64,000 bases of DNA from a bacterium. GTDB taxonomy: Bacteria > Patescibacteriota > Minisyncoccia > Phycocordibacterales > Phycocordibacteraceae. The notes beneath the pieces were generated by a model. The model was not told where the DNA came from, did no database searches, and was given only the letters and a program-made list of their open reading frames with translations. Made by a program: the position numbers and the translations under genes. Positions 18,916 through 26,774 of this stretch are shown piece after piece; the stretch's first letter is position 1, and the number at the start of each line of letters is the position of its first letter. Location of the stretch: assembly GCA_037200965.1 (NCBI GenBank), contig JBBCGK010000001.1, forward strand, positions 544,001 to 608,000, written 5' to 3'.

Positions 18916-19566
18916 TCAGCGCGGTTCTTCTTCGGTTGCTGTAGGCTCATCTTGTACAGACGCCTGTTTAGCTGCAGGAAGTGCTCGGGCTCGACGGAAT
19001 TTATAAAATCCCTCCAGTGCTGAAATGACTGCATCGATTACTTCGTTTGCATCCTCTTTGGTTACTGGCGCCGCTAAATCATCTGGGTGCATAACGTCAT
19101 TACGGCCGAGTCGAGCAACTGTGCTATCTGCAAATTGATCTGCATCGATCGCATCTCCATTCTTTAGCAACTCCAATCTCTTTTTTAGGCTCTTTCCCGC
19201 ATCTGAAGGTGACTTTAAGAATGCATTTACAAGTGCATCAAGCATAATTCCCGCTAAGGCAACTGAACTTCTGTAATTGCCATTATTGAACTCGACATAC
19301 ATTTCACCGCAGATCTCGCGGTAATTCTCTGGGAGCCAAGATGGTACTTGATGAGTTGAAATTACTGGATAAACGAATTTTACTCTGTTTTTAAATCCTG
19401 GCTCATGTTCGACGACAAAAGCATGCCCTCCCGGACATTCAACTACGCAGACGGTTTGTCCTTCACGGAACTGGTGTTGCCAAACTTCTGCAAAATAGGA
19501 GTGCAGCCCACACCTAGGACAATTGCCACTCCATCTATTTCCGTCTGTCCATGTCATTTGAATCAT
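18916..19566 (-). CDS. Zn-ribbon protein with DUF4145-like C-terminal domain
   Basis: N-terminal CPRC...CVVECPGGH four-Cys/His cluster; C-terminal ALAGIMLDALVNAFLK...ARLGRNDVMHPDD resembles the DUF4145 helical core; ATG preceded by a TATAAT-like box (leaderless-like); low GC. Confidence 0.45.
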   Translation of the reverse strand: MIQMTWTDGNRWSGNCPRCGLHSYFAEVWQHQFREGQTVCVVECPGGHAFVVEHEPGFKNRVKFVYPVISTHQVPSWLPENYREICGEMYVEFNNGNYRSSVALAGIMLDALVNAFLKSPSDAGKSLKKRLELLKNGDAIDADQFADSTVARLGRNDVMHPDDLAAPVTKEDANEVIDAVISALEGFYKFRRARALPAAKQASVQDEPTATEEEPR

Positions 19567-19600
19567 ATTTTCATTATATCGCTTCTTGCGATTTTGCTAA

Positions 19601-19660
19601 GCGACGCCTCCCAAGCGCGAAACCCTAGCACGAGTTGGGTGGCCGTCTCAGACTCGAATA
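19601..19660. repeat. GC-rich extragenic repeat family, copy C
   Basis: CAAGCGCGAAACCCTAGCACGAGTTGGGTGGCCGTCTCAGACTCGAATAC; paralogous to copy B. Confidence 0.5.
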
Positions 19661-19669
19661 CTAAGCTTG

Positions 19670-19921
19670 TTATCGAATCCCCTTCACCGCCACCCCCGCC
19701 CCCCGGAGCGCATCCGTTATGGCCGCCTCTCGCAGATGCATTTCGGACTTAATCACAGGGGATACTTTAAGCGACACGGTCTCGTCCTCATAAGACACCT
19801 GGCTCGCCTTTATCGTAAGGCCAAGGACGCTGCTTATGGTCTCCGCGCACACCCTCCGCCTCTCGGACTGCCGGAGGCCCGGTACCGGGTGCTTGAGCAA
19901 TATGTCCGAGAGGGATTTCAT
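19670..19921 (-). CDS. small protein downstream of dnaN, tentatively DUF721/DciA-like
   Basis: 83-aa ORF separated from the dnaN stop by 10 nt on the same strand; position and N-terminal MKSLSDILLK... pattern reminiscent of DUF721 proteins encoded after dnaN; weak. Confidence 0.3.
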   Translation of the reverse strand: MKSLSDILLKHPVPGLRQSERRRVCAETISSVLGLTIKASQVSYEDETVSLKVSPVIKSEMHLREAAITDALRGAGVAVKGIR

Positions 19922-19931
19922 GGAGAGTCAG

Positions 19932-21032
19932 CTACTGATTCATCGGCATCACAAGATACAGGAACGACGCATCGCCGACACCCTTTATAACGAGCGGCCT
20001 TCCGACTCCCCCGGCAGAAAGCGTGACACTCTCCGCGCCTGAAAGCGCCACCGCAGCCTGAAGATAACGATGGTTGAAGGAAAGCTCGATATTCTCTCCT
20101 GTAAGACTCCCAGAAATGGTCTCGGAAGATTCTCCGACATCCGCATTCCTGGCCTGGAGCGAAATCTGCTTCTTCTCCTTATCAAACGCCATACGCACCT
20201 TCTGGAACGAGTCGGAGAAGATCGTGGTGCGCTTGAGCGCGGCATCAAGATCCCTCCGGAGCACGGTCGCTTCCGCCGAAAACGTCTTCGGGATGATCTG
20301 GCGATAGTCGGGATAGTTTCCGCTCACAAGCCTCGTGGTCACGAGACTCCCGCCCCACCCGATGGCGCACTGGTGCTCGTCGATCGAGAGCGTCACCGCC
20401 TCGTCCGGAAGCGTCTGTACGATATCCAGAGCATTCTTTGCGGGGATAAGGAGCGAGAATGAGGGGACGGAGCCTGGAAGCGAGGTGTGCTTCTCGGCAA
20501 GACGGAAGGAGTCCGTAGCGGCGGTAACGAGCGACCCTCCCTCGCTTGCGACAAGCACGCTCGCGAGCTCCGGGCGTATGGTCGAAGTGGAGGCGCAGGA
20601 AACGACCGAGTTGAGCGCTGTGCGAAGGAGGGTGCCCGGAATCTGGAACGTGCTCTTTGGGGACTCGGGAAACGGTATCGTCGGGAAATCCTCGTACGGC
20701 ACGGTCTTAAGGACGCCGCGGGACGTGCCGGAAGAAAGCACGACGGTATCCCCGGTCCGCTCGAGCGTCACGGACCCGTTCCCCTGAAGCGCACTCGCGA
20801 CTTGCTGGAGGAGGTTCGCGGGGAGCGCGACCACGCCCGGAGTCTTTATCTCCCCGTCCGCCTTGAGATCGACGCCGACTTCGAGATTTGTGGCACGGAA
20901 TTTGATGCCGTCATCCCCCGCAACAATCAGGATCGAAGAGAGCGCGGGAAGCGTCGCGGAGCCCCGCTGTGCGAATCGCGCCGCCGTATGCACTACTTCC
21001 GCGAGTCCTTTCTTTTCTAAAATAATAAGCAT
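19932..21032 (-). CDS. dnaN: DNA polymerase III beta sliding clamp
   Basis: 366 aa, three-domain beta-clamp pattern; N-terminus MLIILEKKGLAEVVHTAARFA...LSSILIVAGDDGIKFRATNLEVG; immediately downstream of dnaA. Confidence 0.9.
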   Translation of the reverse strand: MLIILEKKGLAEVVHTAARFAQRGSATLPALSSILIVAGDDGIKFRATNLEVGVDLKADGEIKTPGVVALPANLLQQVASALQGNGSVTLERTGDTVVLSSGTSRGVLKTVPYEDFPTIPFPESPKSTFQIPGTLLRTALNSVVSCASTSTIRPELASVLVASEGGSLVTAATDSFRLAEKHTSLPGSVPSFSLLIPAKNALDIVQTLPDEAVTLSIDEHQCAIGWGGSLVTTRLVSGNYPDYRQIIPKTFSAEATVLRRDLDAALKRTTIFSDSFQKVRMAFDKEKKQISLQARNADVGESSETISGSLTGENIELSFNHRYLQAAVALSGAESVTLSAGGVGRPLVIKGVGDASFLYLVMPMNQ

Positions 21033-21247
21033 AAATACTAATACTATTAGCTCTGTGGATATCGGGAAAACTCCCGCAAGCCCCGCATGTACGGGGCCGT
21101 TTCGGAAACCCCCGGCTGCATAACTCCGCTTTTATCTCCAGAAACCGGCGCGGAAGAAAACCGACCGGGAGCGGAGAACGGTTCCATCCGGAGTTTTCCC
21201 GCCGATGTCCCTGTTTTTGTACGGAGGTTATACATACGTAATCCCCA
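21033..21247. promoter_or_regulatory. dnaA-dnaN intergenic region with DnaA-box-like 9-mers (candidate oriC segment)
   Basis: TGTGGATAT (21050-21058), TTATCTCCA and TTATACATA near-matches to TTATCCACA; AT-rich stretch near 21215-21245. Confidence 0.3.
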
Positions 21248-22597
21248 TTATACCAACATGGTACGGATGTCCTGGATCTCCTTCGCGAGGTCGCTGTTGT
21301 CGATGATTTCACGCTTCACCTTCTCGCAGGAGTGGATGACGGTGGTATGGTCGCGCCCCCCGAGCTTCGAGCCGATGGTCGGATACGAGATGCTGAAGTC
21401 CTCGCGAAGGAGGTACATGATCACCTGCCGCGGCCGCACCACTTCCCTCCTGCGGGTCTTCTCATAGATGCTTTCCTCGCCGATGCCGTAGAATTCGGCG
21501 ACCTTCGAGACGATATGCTTCACCGAGACCGTCTTTGACGGTCTCGCGAAGGACCGGAGCGACTGCCGTATCTCGGCGATGTCCGGCGGCACCCCTTTCA
21601 CCTGCGTGTGGCAGACGACGCTGTTCACGACTCCTTCGAGCTCCCTGATAGACCCCGGGACCGAGAGCGCGATATACTCCGCGACCTCGTCCGCGAGCGT
21701 AACCCCGTGGGACGCGGCCTTGCGCCGGATGATCGCAACCCTCGACTCGGTGTCGGGTTCCCCGATATCGACCGCCATGCCGCTTGAGAAGCGGCTCCTG
21801 AGCCGCTCCGCGATGTCGGGGATAGCCGCGGGAGCGCGGTCCGAGGAGAAGATGATCTGCTTGTTGTTGTCGTGGAGGGTATTGAAGAGGTGGAAGAGTT
21901 CCTCCTGATATTTTTCCTTCTTCGCAAGGAACTGTACGTCGTCCATGATGAGGAGATCGTACTGGCGGTACTTGTCCTTGAAACGGTTCGGATTGCCCGC
22001 CTGGAGCGAGTCGCTGTATTCGACGCAGAACTTCTCCGAAGTGAGATAGAAGACCTTGCGGGTCGGATAGAGCTTCTTGAATTGGTTGCCGATCGACTGG
22101 ATGAGGTGGGTCTTCCCCCGCCCGGTGTCGCCATAGATGAAGAGCGGGTTGTACATGATCCCCGGGCGCTGTATCACCGCCTGCGCGGCGCTATAGGCAA
22201 GCTCGTTGAAGGAGCCGATGACGAACGAATCGAAGGTGTAGCGGGGGTTCAGGTTGTCGCTTTTGTTGATATAGAAGTCGTCAAGCGGCATCGAGACGGT
22301 CTGGCGGTCGGTTTTCTGCTCCCTGGCGGGCTTCCGGCGCTCGTCTTTCACGATCGCGTACTCGATATTGCGGAACTCGTAGGAGACGCCCCGGATGATC
22401 TTGAGGAGAAGGGCGTTGAAATGCTTCAGATACCAGTCGCGGAAGAAGGGGCTCGGGACGCCTACCTGCACGATCCCGTCCTCTATCTTCACGATATGGC
22501 TCGCGCCGAACCAGGTCTTGAAATTAGCCGGGGAAACGGAGAGCTCTACCTGCGTCAGCACGTGTTCCCAGAGCTCTCTCGGATCGGTACGGTTCAT
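21248..22597 (-). CDS. dnaA: Chromosomal replication initiator protein DnaA
   Basis: Walker A GDTGRGKTHL, Walker B LLIMDDVQF, sensor II, C-terminal DNA-binding HTH ...MYLLRE...SYPTIGSKLGGRDHTTVIHSCEKV. Confidence 0.95.
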   Translation of the reverse strand: MNRTDPRELWEHVLTQVELSVSPANFKTWFGASHIVKIEDGIVQVGVPSPFFRDWYLKHFNALLLKIIRGVSYEFRNIEYAIVKDERRKPAREQKTDRQTVSMPLDDFYINKSDNLNPRYTFDSFVIGSFNELAYSAAQAVIQRPGIMYNPLFIYGDTGRGKTHLIQSIGNQFKKLYPTRKVFYLTSEKFCVEYSDSLQAGNPNRFKDKYRQYDLLIMDDVQFLAKKEKYQEELFHLFNTLHDNNKQIIFSSDRAPAAIPDIAERLRSRFSSGMAVDIGEPDTESRVAIIRRKAASHGVTLADEVAEYIALSVPGSIRELEGVVNSVVCHTQVKGVPPDIAEIRQSLRSFARPSKTVSVKHIVSKVAEFYGIGEESIYEKTRRREVVRPRQVIMYLLREDFSISYPTIGSKLGGRDHTTVIHSCEKVKREIIDNSDLAKEIQDIRTMLV

Positions 22598-22706
22598 CGT
22601 CGCGTCATTATACGCGTCCGGTCCGGAATGGGTAGCGGGCGGTTTCGTTGCTTCTCCGGGGAGAAGCTGTTAATATCCTGTGTATAGTCGAATTCATACC
22701 TGACGC

Positions 22707-22865
22707 ATGTCCACCAAGCGAACCTATCAGCCGAAAAAGCGAAAGCGCGCCCGCGCGCACGGATACCGCGCCCGCGCGAAGACCCCGGGCGGCCGCCGCG
22801 TCCTCAAGCGCCGCATGCAGAAGGGCCGCAAGAAGCTCACGGTCTCGAAGCCGCGCCTCGTCTAG
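22707..22865 (+). CDS. rpmH: 50S ribosomal protein L34
   Basis: 52-aa [49 protein letters not shown], hand-translated; not in ORF track (below 60 aa); divergent from dnaA. Confidence 0.9.
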   Translation: MSTKRTYQPKKRKRARAHGYRARAKTPGGRRVLKRRMQKGRKKLTVSKPRLV

Positions 22866-22874
22866 CCAAAAGCC

Positions 22875-23186
22875 ATGTTTCCGCGCGAAAAGCGCGTTTC
22901 CCGCGAGGATTTCCCGAAGCTTCTTGCTTCGCGCACGAGGCTTTTCTCCCCCCACTTCTCCGCTACCCTCTCCGAAACCTCCGCAGGGGTCGCGGCCGTG
23001 GTGTCGAAGAAGGTTGAGAAGACGTCGGTCGGAAGACACAGGCTAAAACGCCGGATTCTGGGCGTTTTAGCGTCGTATAACACGCTTCCGGCGCTCGGGA
23101 TCATCGTATTTGCGAAAGCCGGAGCCGCAGCCCTTAGCTCAAAAGAGCTTCGGGAAGAGCTCCGGGAGCTTTTCAGAAAAGTGTAG
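22875..23186 (+). CDS. rnpA: Ribonuclease P protein component
   Basis: Basic 103-aa protein with RnpA RNR-like motif GRHRLKRRI; immediately follows rpmH. Confidence 0.8.
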   Translation: MFPREKRVSREDFPKLLASRTRLFSPHFSATLSETSAGVAAVVSKKVEKTSVGRHRLKRRILGVLASYNTLPALGIIVFAKAGAAALSSKELREELRELFRKV

Positions 23187-23226
23187 CCCAAATAAAGCCG
23201 CAGACCTTATCTGCTACCATTACCCT

Positions 23227-23652
23227 ATGGCAACAATAAATCCCTGGATTAACTTCAACGGCAATGCCGAAGAAGCCTTTATGTTTTACAAATCAGTATT
23301 TGGCGGTGAGTTTACAAAGATTATCCGTTTGAAAGATCTTGCGAGTTCCGAGTTTCCCGTAGCGGACGCGGATGCGGAGAAAATCATGCTCATCGCCCTG
23401 CCGATTGGCAAGAACAGCGTATTGATGGCAAATGACGTACCCTCATTTATGGGTAGGGTGAGTGAAAATGAAAACCGAAGTAAAATCTCGGTCAGTACAG
23501 AGAGCAAGGAGGAAGCGGAGGCTATATTTGAAGGCCTCTCGGCAGGAGGGCAAGTCGAAGCGCCGCTCGGTGAGAGTGCGTGGGGAACCTATTTTGGCAT
23601 GTTCAGGGACAAATATGGCATCGAGTGGATAGTGGAGTTTCGATTTGAATAA
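23227..23652 (+). CDS. PhnB-like VOC-family protein; upstream extension to 23110 unlikely
   Basis: MATINPWINFNGNAEEAFMFYKSVFGG...KIMLIALPIGKNSVLMAND...EAPLGESAWGTYFGMFRDKYGIEWIVEF matches the PhnB/3-demethylubiquinone MTase-like VOC family; low GC. Confidence 0.6.
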   Translation: MATINPWINFNGNAEEAFMFYKSVFGGEFTKIIRLKDLASSEFPVADADAEKIMLIALPIGKNSVLMANDVPSFMGRVSENENRSKISVSTESKEEAEAIFEGLSAGGQVEAPLGESAWGTYFGMFRDKYGIEWIVEFRFE

Positions 23653-23697
23653 GTTTTTAATCAAAAGGCGCACAATCTTAACCCCGCTTAGACTCTC

Positions 23698-24630
23698 ATG
23701 CTTCCCAAGCTTACAGACGACCAAATTAAAAGTGTTTTTACTAACGTTGGCCTCGGCACTCCGAACACCATCAAAAAACTCAGTGTCGGCTTCTCAAACG
23801 ATGTGTATTCCGTAGACGATAAATACATTTTTAAGGCCATTAGGAACGAAGAAGACACGTCGTATCTAAAGAAGGAAATCCACCTTTGCAATTTGTTTAA
23901 GGAGAGGCTGCCCGCACCAGTAGTCGTGCATTCCGATACCGCTAAAGCCGCCCTTGATAGGGCGTATGTCATATACGAGAAGATTCAAGGAGATAACCTT
24001 TATATGCGGTGGCACGAATATTCCACCGAGGAGCGAAAGGCGATAGTCGAACAGATTTGCTCCTATCTTAAAGTCATTAACACTGAGCCTTTTAAAGATT
24101 TTACTGACGCTTTCAATATTGATACCAAAACTTCATGGCACGAACGGATAGCTACGAAAATACAAGAACATAAACTGAAAGCCCTTTCTGTTAATGCTAT
24201 TTCGTCTGAACAGGCGGAGCGAGTAGATGAGTATGTGAGGACTAGTTTAGTAGCACTCGATGAGTCCGTTATGGCACTGACTTACTTTGATGTTCACTTC
24301 GATAATTTTATCGTTCGAGACAAAAAGATAGTCGGAATGCTCGATTTTGAGAGGACGGATTTTTACTCGATAGATTTCGTATTGGATATCGTGCGACGCA
24401 TGGTCAACGAGCCGACTAAATACGCTTCCGAAGAAGCCGAACCGCTCATCAAGGCAGAGGATTATGCGAGTTTGATGGAACAGTACAAAGAGTATTATCC
24501 TCAACTCTTTGACTTTGAAAATCTTGAAGCGCGCCTCAAGCTATACTCAATAGACCACGACCTAGACCAACTCCATACGTGGCCTGAATCAGCGAGCCTT
24601 AAAGAGAGCTTGGCGAGGAATACTCAGTAG
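23698..24630 (+). CDS. Phosphotransferase (APH / choline-kinase) family protein
   Basis: Kinase-like fold markers: conserved Lys block IFKAI, Brenner motif YFDVHFDNFIV (H-x-D-x4-N), Asp-containing LDFE; 310 aa; low GC. Confidence 0.65.
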   Translation: MLPKLTDDQIKSVFTNVGLGTPNTIKKLSVGFSNDVYSVDDKYIFKAIRNEEDTSYLKKEIHLCNLFKERLPAPVVVHSDTAKAALDRAYVIYEKIQGDNLYMRWHEYSTEERKAIVEQICSYLKVINTEPFKDFTDAFNIDTKTSWHERIATKIQEHKLKALSVNAISSEQAERVDEYVRTSLVALDESVMALTYFDVHFDNFIVRDKKIVGMLDFERTDFYSIDFVLDIVRRMVNEPTKYASEEAEPLIKAEDYASLMEQYKEYYPQLFDFENLEARLKLYSIDHDLDQLHTWPESASLKESLARNTQ

Positions 24631-24773
24631 GCAAAATGTTCCGTTTCATCAGCCGCATCAAACACCCGTTGGCCCATCTGATTCATATACTCTCGGTTGA
24701 ATAGCAGGGGTGTATTTAGGTGACGCTCTGAGGGAGAACGGAATCGATAAATGAGGTATTATACGAAGCACGC

Positions 24774-25514
24774 ATGATCTCAAGCCTTTTCCACACGTTC
24801 TTCTACGACCCGATCTACAACCTCCTGGTATTTCTCGTATCCGTCGTCCCGCACGGGGACGTCGGTCTCGCGGTCATCGGCGTTACCATACTCGTCCGAC
24901 TCGTACTCCTTCCCTTCTCGCTTTCCGCCTCGAGAACCCAGCGCGCGATGAAGGTGCTTGAGCCGAAACTCAAGGAAATCAAGGAACAATACAAGGACGA
25001 CAAGCAGGAGCAGGCCGCGAAGACGATGGAACTTTATAAGACCGAGCGGGTAAACCCGTTCGCGAGCATCGTGACACTCCTTATACAAATGCCGGTCCTC
25101 TTCGCGCTCTATTTCGTTTTCCTCCACGAGCCGTTTCCGCAGCTAAATGCGCACCTTCTCTATACGGCGACTCCCGTTCCGGAAACGATCTCGCTTCTTT
25201 TTCTTGGGATCGTAAGCGTCCTGGGGCATAGCATCGTGCTCGCGGTTATCGCCGCCGCCGCCCAGTACTATCAGGTCATCCTTGCGGTGCCGAAGCCCAC
25301 TCCCAAGATAAAGGGTGAAGTTCTCAGTACCCAGGAGGAATTCACCCGGATGATGGGCCTCTATATGCGCGTCATCATTCCCGTGCTCATCGGCGTCGTG
25401 GCATACACGACCTCAGGCGCAGTCGCCCTCTATTTCATCACCGGCGCGGTCGTAAGTATTCTCCAGGAGCTGTATATAAAGCGCCAGTTCGACGCGAAGC
25501 CGGTCGCCCTATAA
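24774..25514 (+). CDS. yidC: Membrane protein insertase YidC (short Oxa1-type)
   Basis: 246 aa, 5 TM; conserved TM1 Arg block ILVRLVLLPFS, C1 loop KEIKEQYKDDKQEQ, TM2 PFASIVTLLIQMPV. Confidence 0.85.
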   Translation: MISSLFHTFFYDPIYNLLVFLVSVVPHGDVGLAVIGVTILVRLVLLPFSLSASRTQRAMKVLEPKLKEIKEQYKDDKQEQAAKTMELYKTERVNPFASIVTLLIQMPVLFALYFVFLHEPFPQLNAHLLYTATPVPETISLLFLGIVSVLGHSIVLAVIAAAAQYYQVILAVPKPTPKIKGEVLSTQEEFTRMMGLYMRVIIPVLIGVVAYTTSGAVALYFITGAVVSILQELYIKRQFDAKPVAL

Positions 25515-26774
25515 ATCGTACGCCCAGAGCGAGCCGTCGCGTTTGTTGAGGAACACGAGCACGTCCTTCCGGGGATCGACCGTAAGCGCGGTCGCGTCAA
25601 GCGGCCCGTCCGTCGCTCCCGAGAAATCGAGCGCCAGCTCGGCAAAGCGCCCGCCGACATCTATCTTCCAAATCCGGTCCGTGAACGAAACGGCCCCCTG
25701 ATACCAGTCGTCAGGATAGGTCGCGGTCGCAAGAGATCCCGGAACCGGCACGCCGCAATAGACGGCGCTTTCGTCAGACGTCCACGCGCATTTGTCCGCG
25801 ATCGTCGCGACCGGAAGCGCTATCAGCTCCCGGGTCCTGATGTTCAGAAGCGAAGTCTTCAGATTGCCCTGCTCGGTATAGCTTAAGAGCGCCCAGGTTC
25901 CCAAAGGACTCGGAAGCGCCACGAGTCCCGGCACGGGGCCGAACAGCCGGTTCATGGCGCCCGCGGTGTCGATGAGAAAGGCGTAGCCGCCCGAAAGTCC
26001 GGTCGCTTTCGTATACGCGACGAACTGGCCGCTTCCCGCAGGGCGTGCCGAAAGGCTTCCGAGGGGGGAAGAAAATGCGGTGCGCGAAGCGCTGCCGTCG
26101 GCCTTGGAGACGGTGCCGATGGAGCCGTTGCCGCCGCTTGAAAGCGAAAATACCGAAGATGAGCCGACGGTCGCGATACCCGCGATGTTTACGGGAAGGA
26201 AAAAGCCCTCCGTACCGTCAGCCGGGAGCGCGTAGGTGTCGATCTCCGGGTTTTCCGCGGTGCCGCCGGCGTAGCGAAGATATGCGAGCGACCCGTCGGG
26301 GAGCCACGTCGCTTCCTGAGTTCCCGGGATCGTTTTGTTGACCAGGCGCTTCGCCGCGCGCGCATGGAAGAGATAGGAGAAAAGATTTCCGCTCTCGCGA
26401 AGCGCGTAGCGGACTTCGGTATCGGGGACCGGGAGGCTCACGGTGCTTGTGCCGCTCGCTTCGCCCGCGGGAAGCGGCGCCGTACTGCTTGAAATAAACG
26501 CGACGGCGCCCGGCACCACCGGGCCTTTCGTTATCTCAATGAGCCGTTGCGTAACTACGGTTCCGGCGGCCGCGCCGCCCGTGTCCGGGTCTACGGTATC
26601 GCTTTCGCCTCCCGCAGCGTCCCCTGCGGGGTTTCCGAACGGGTTCGTGCCGGTATCGACGACGAGGGTCGGCGTTCCGGCGAAGATAAAGAAATATGCG
26701 GCGGCGCCGAGGCCTCCAAGGACGATGAGTATCGCGAGGATGATAAGTACGCGCCGCATAATCAGGAATCGCAC
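25509..26774 (-). CDS. N-terminally anchored extracytoplasmic protein, beta-propeller-like repeats (last gene of T4SS-like operon)
   Basis: TM anchor ILAILIVLGGLGAAAYFFIF then low-complexity linker and repeated G-S/T-x-hydrophobic blocks; 13-nt overlap with upstream gene. Confidence 0.4.
   Translation of the reverse strand: MRFLIMRRVLIILAILIVLGGLGAAAYFFIFAGTPTLVVDTGTNPFGNPAGDAAGGESDTVDPDTGGAAAGTVVTQRLIEITKGPVVPGAVAFISSSTAPLPAGEASGTSTVSLPVPDTEVRYALRESGNLFSYLFHARAAKRLVNKTIPGTQEATWLPDGSLAYLRYAGGTAENPEIDTYALPADGTEGFFLPVNIAGIATVGSSSVFSLSSGGNGSIGTVSKADGSASRTAFSSPLGSLSARPAGSGQFVAYTKATGLSGGYAFLIDTAGAMNRLFGPVPGLVALPSPLGTWALLSYTEQGNLKTSLLNIRTRELIALPVATIADKCAWTSDESAVYCGVPVPGSLATATYPDDWYQGAVSFTDRIWKIDVGGRFAELALDFSGATDGPLDATALTVDPRKDVLVFLNKRDGSLWAYDL

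Noticed and set aside
16389-19660. Interpretation of the repeat copies as tRNA genes or tRNA pseudogenes
   Set aside because: Despite GGTTCGAA-like strings, no 7-bp acceptor stem or D-arm can be formed on either strand for any copy.
21872-22687. 271-aa plus-strand ORF
   Set aside because: Antisense to dnaA.
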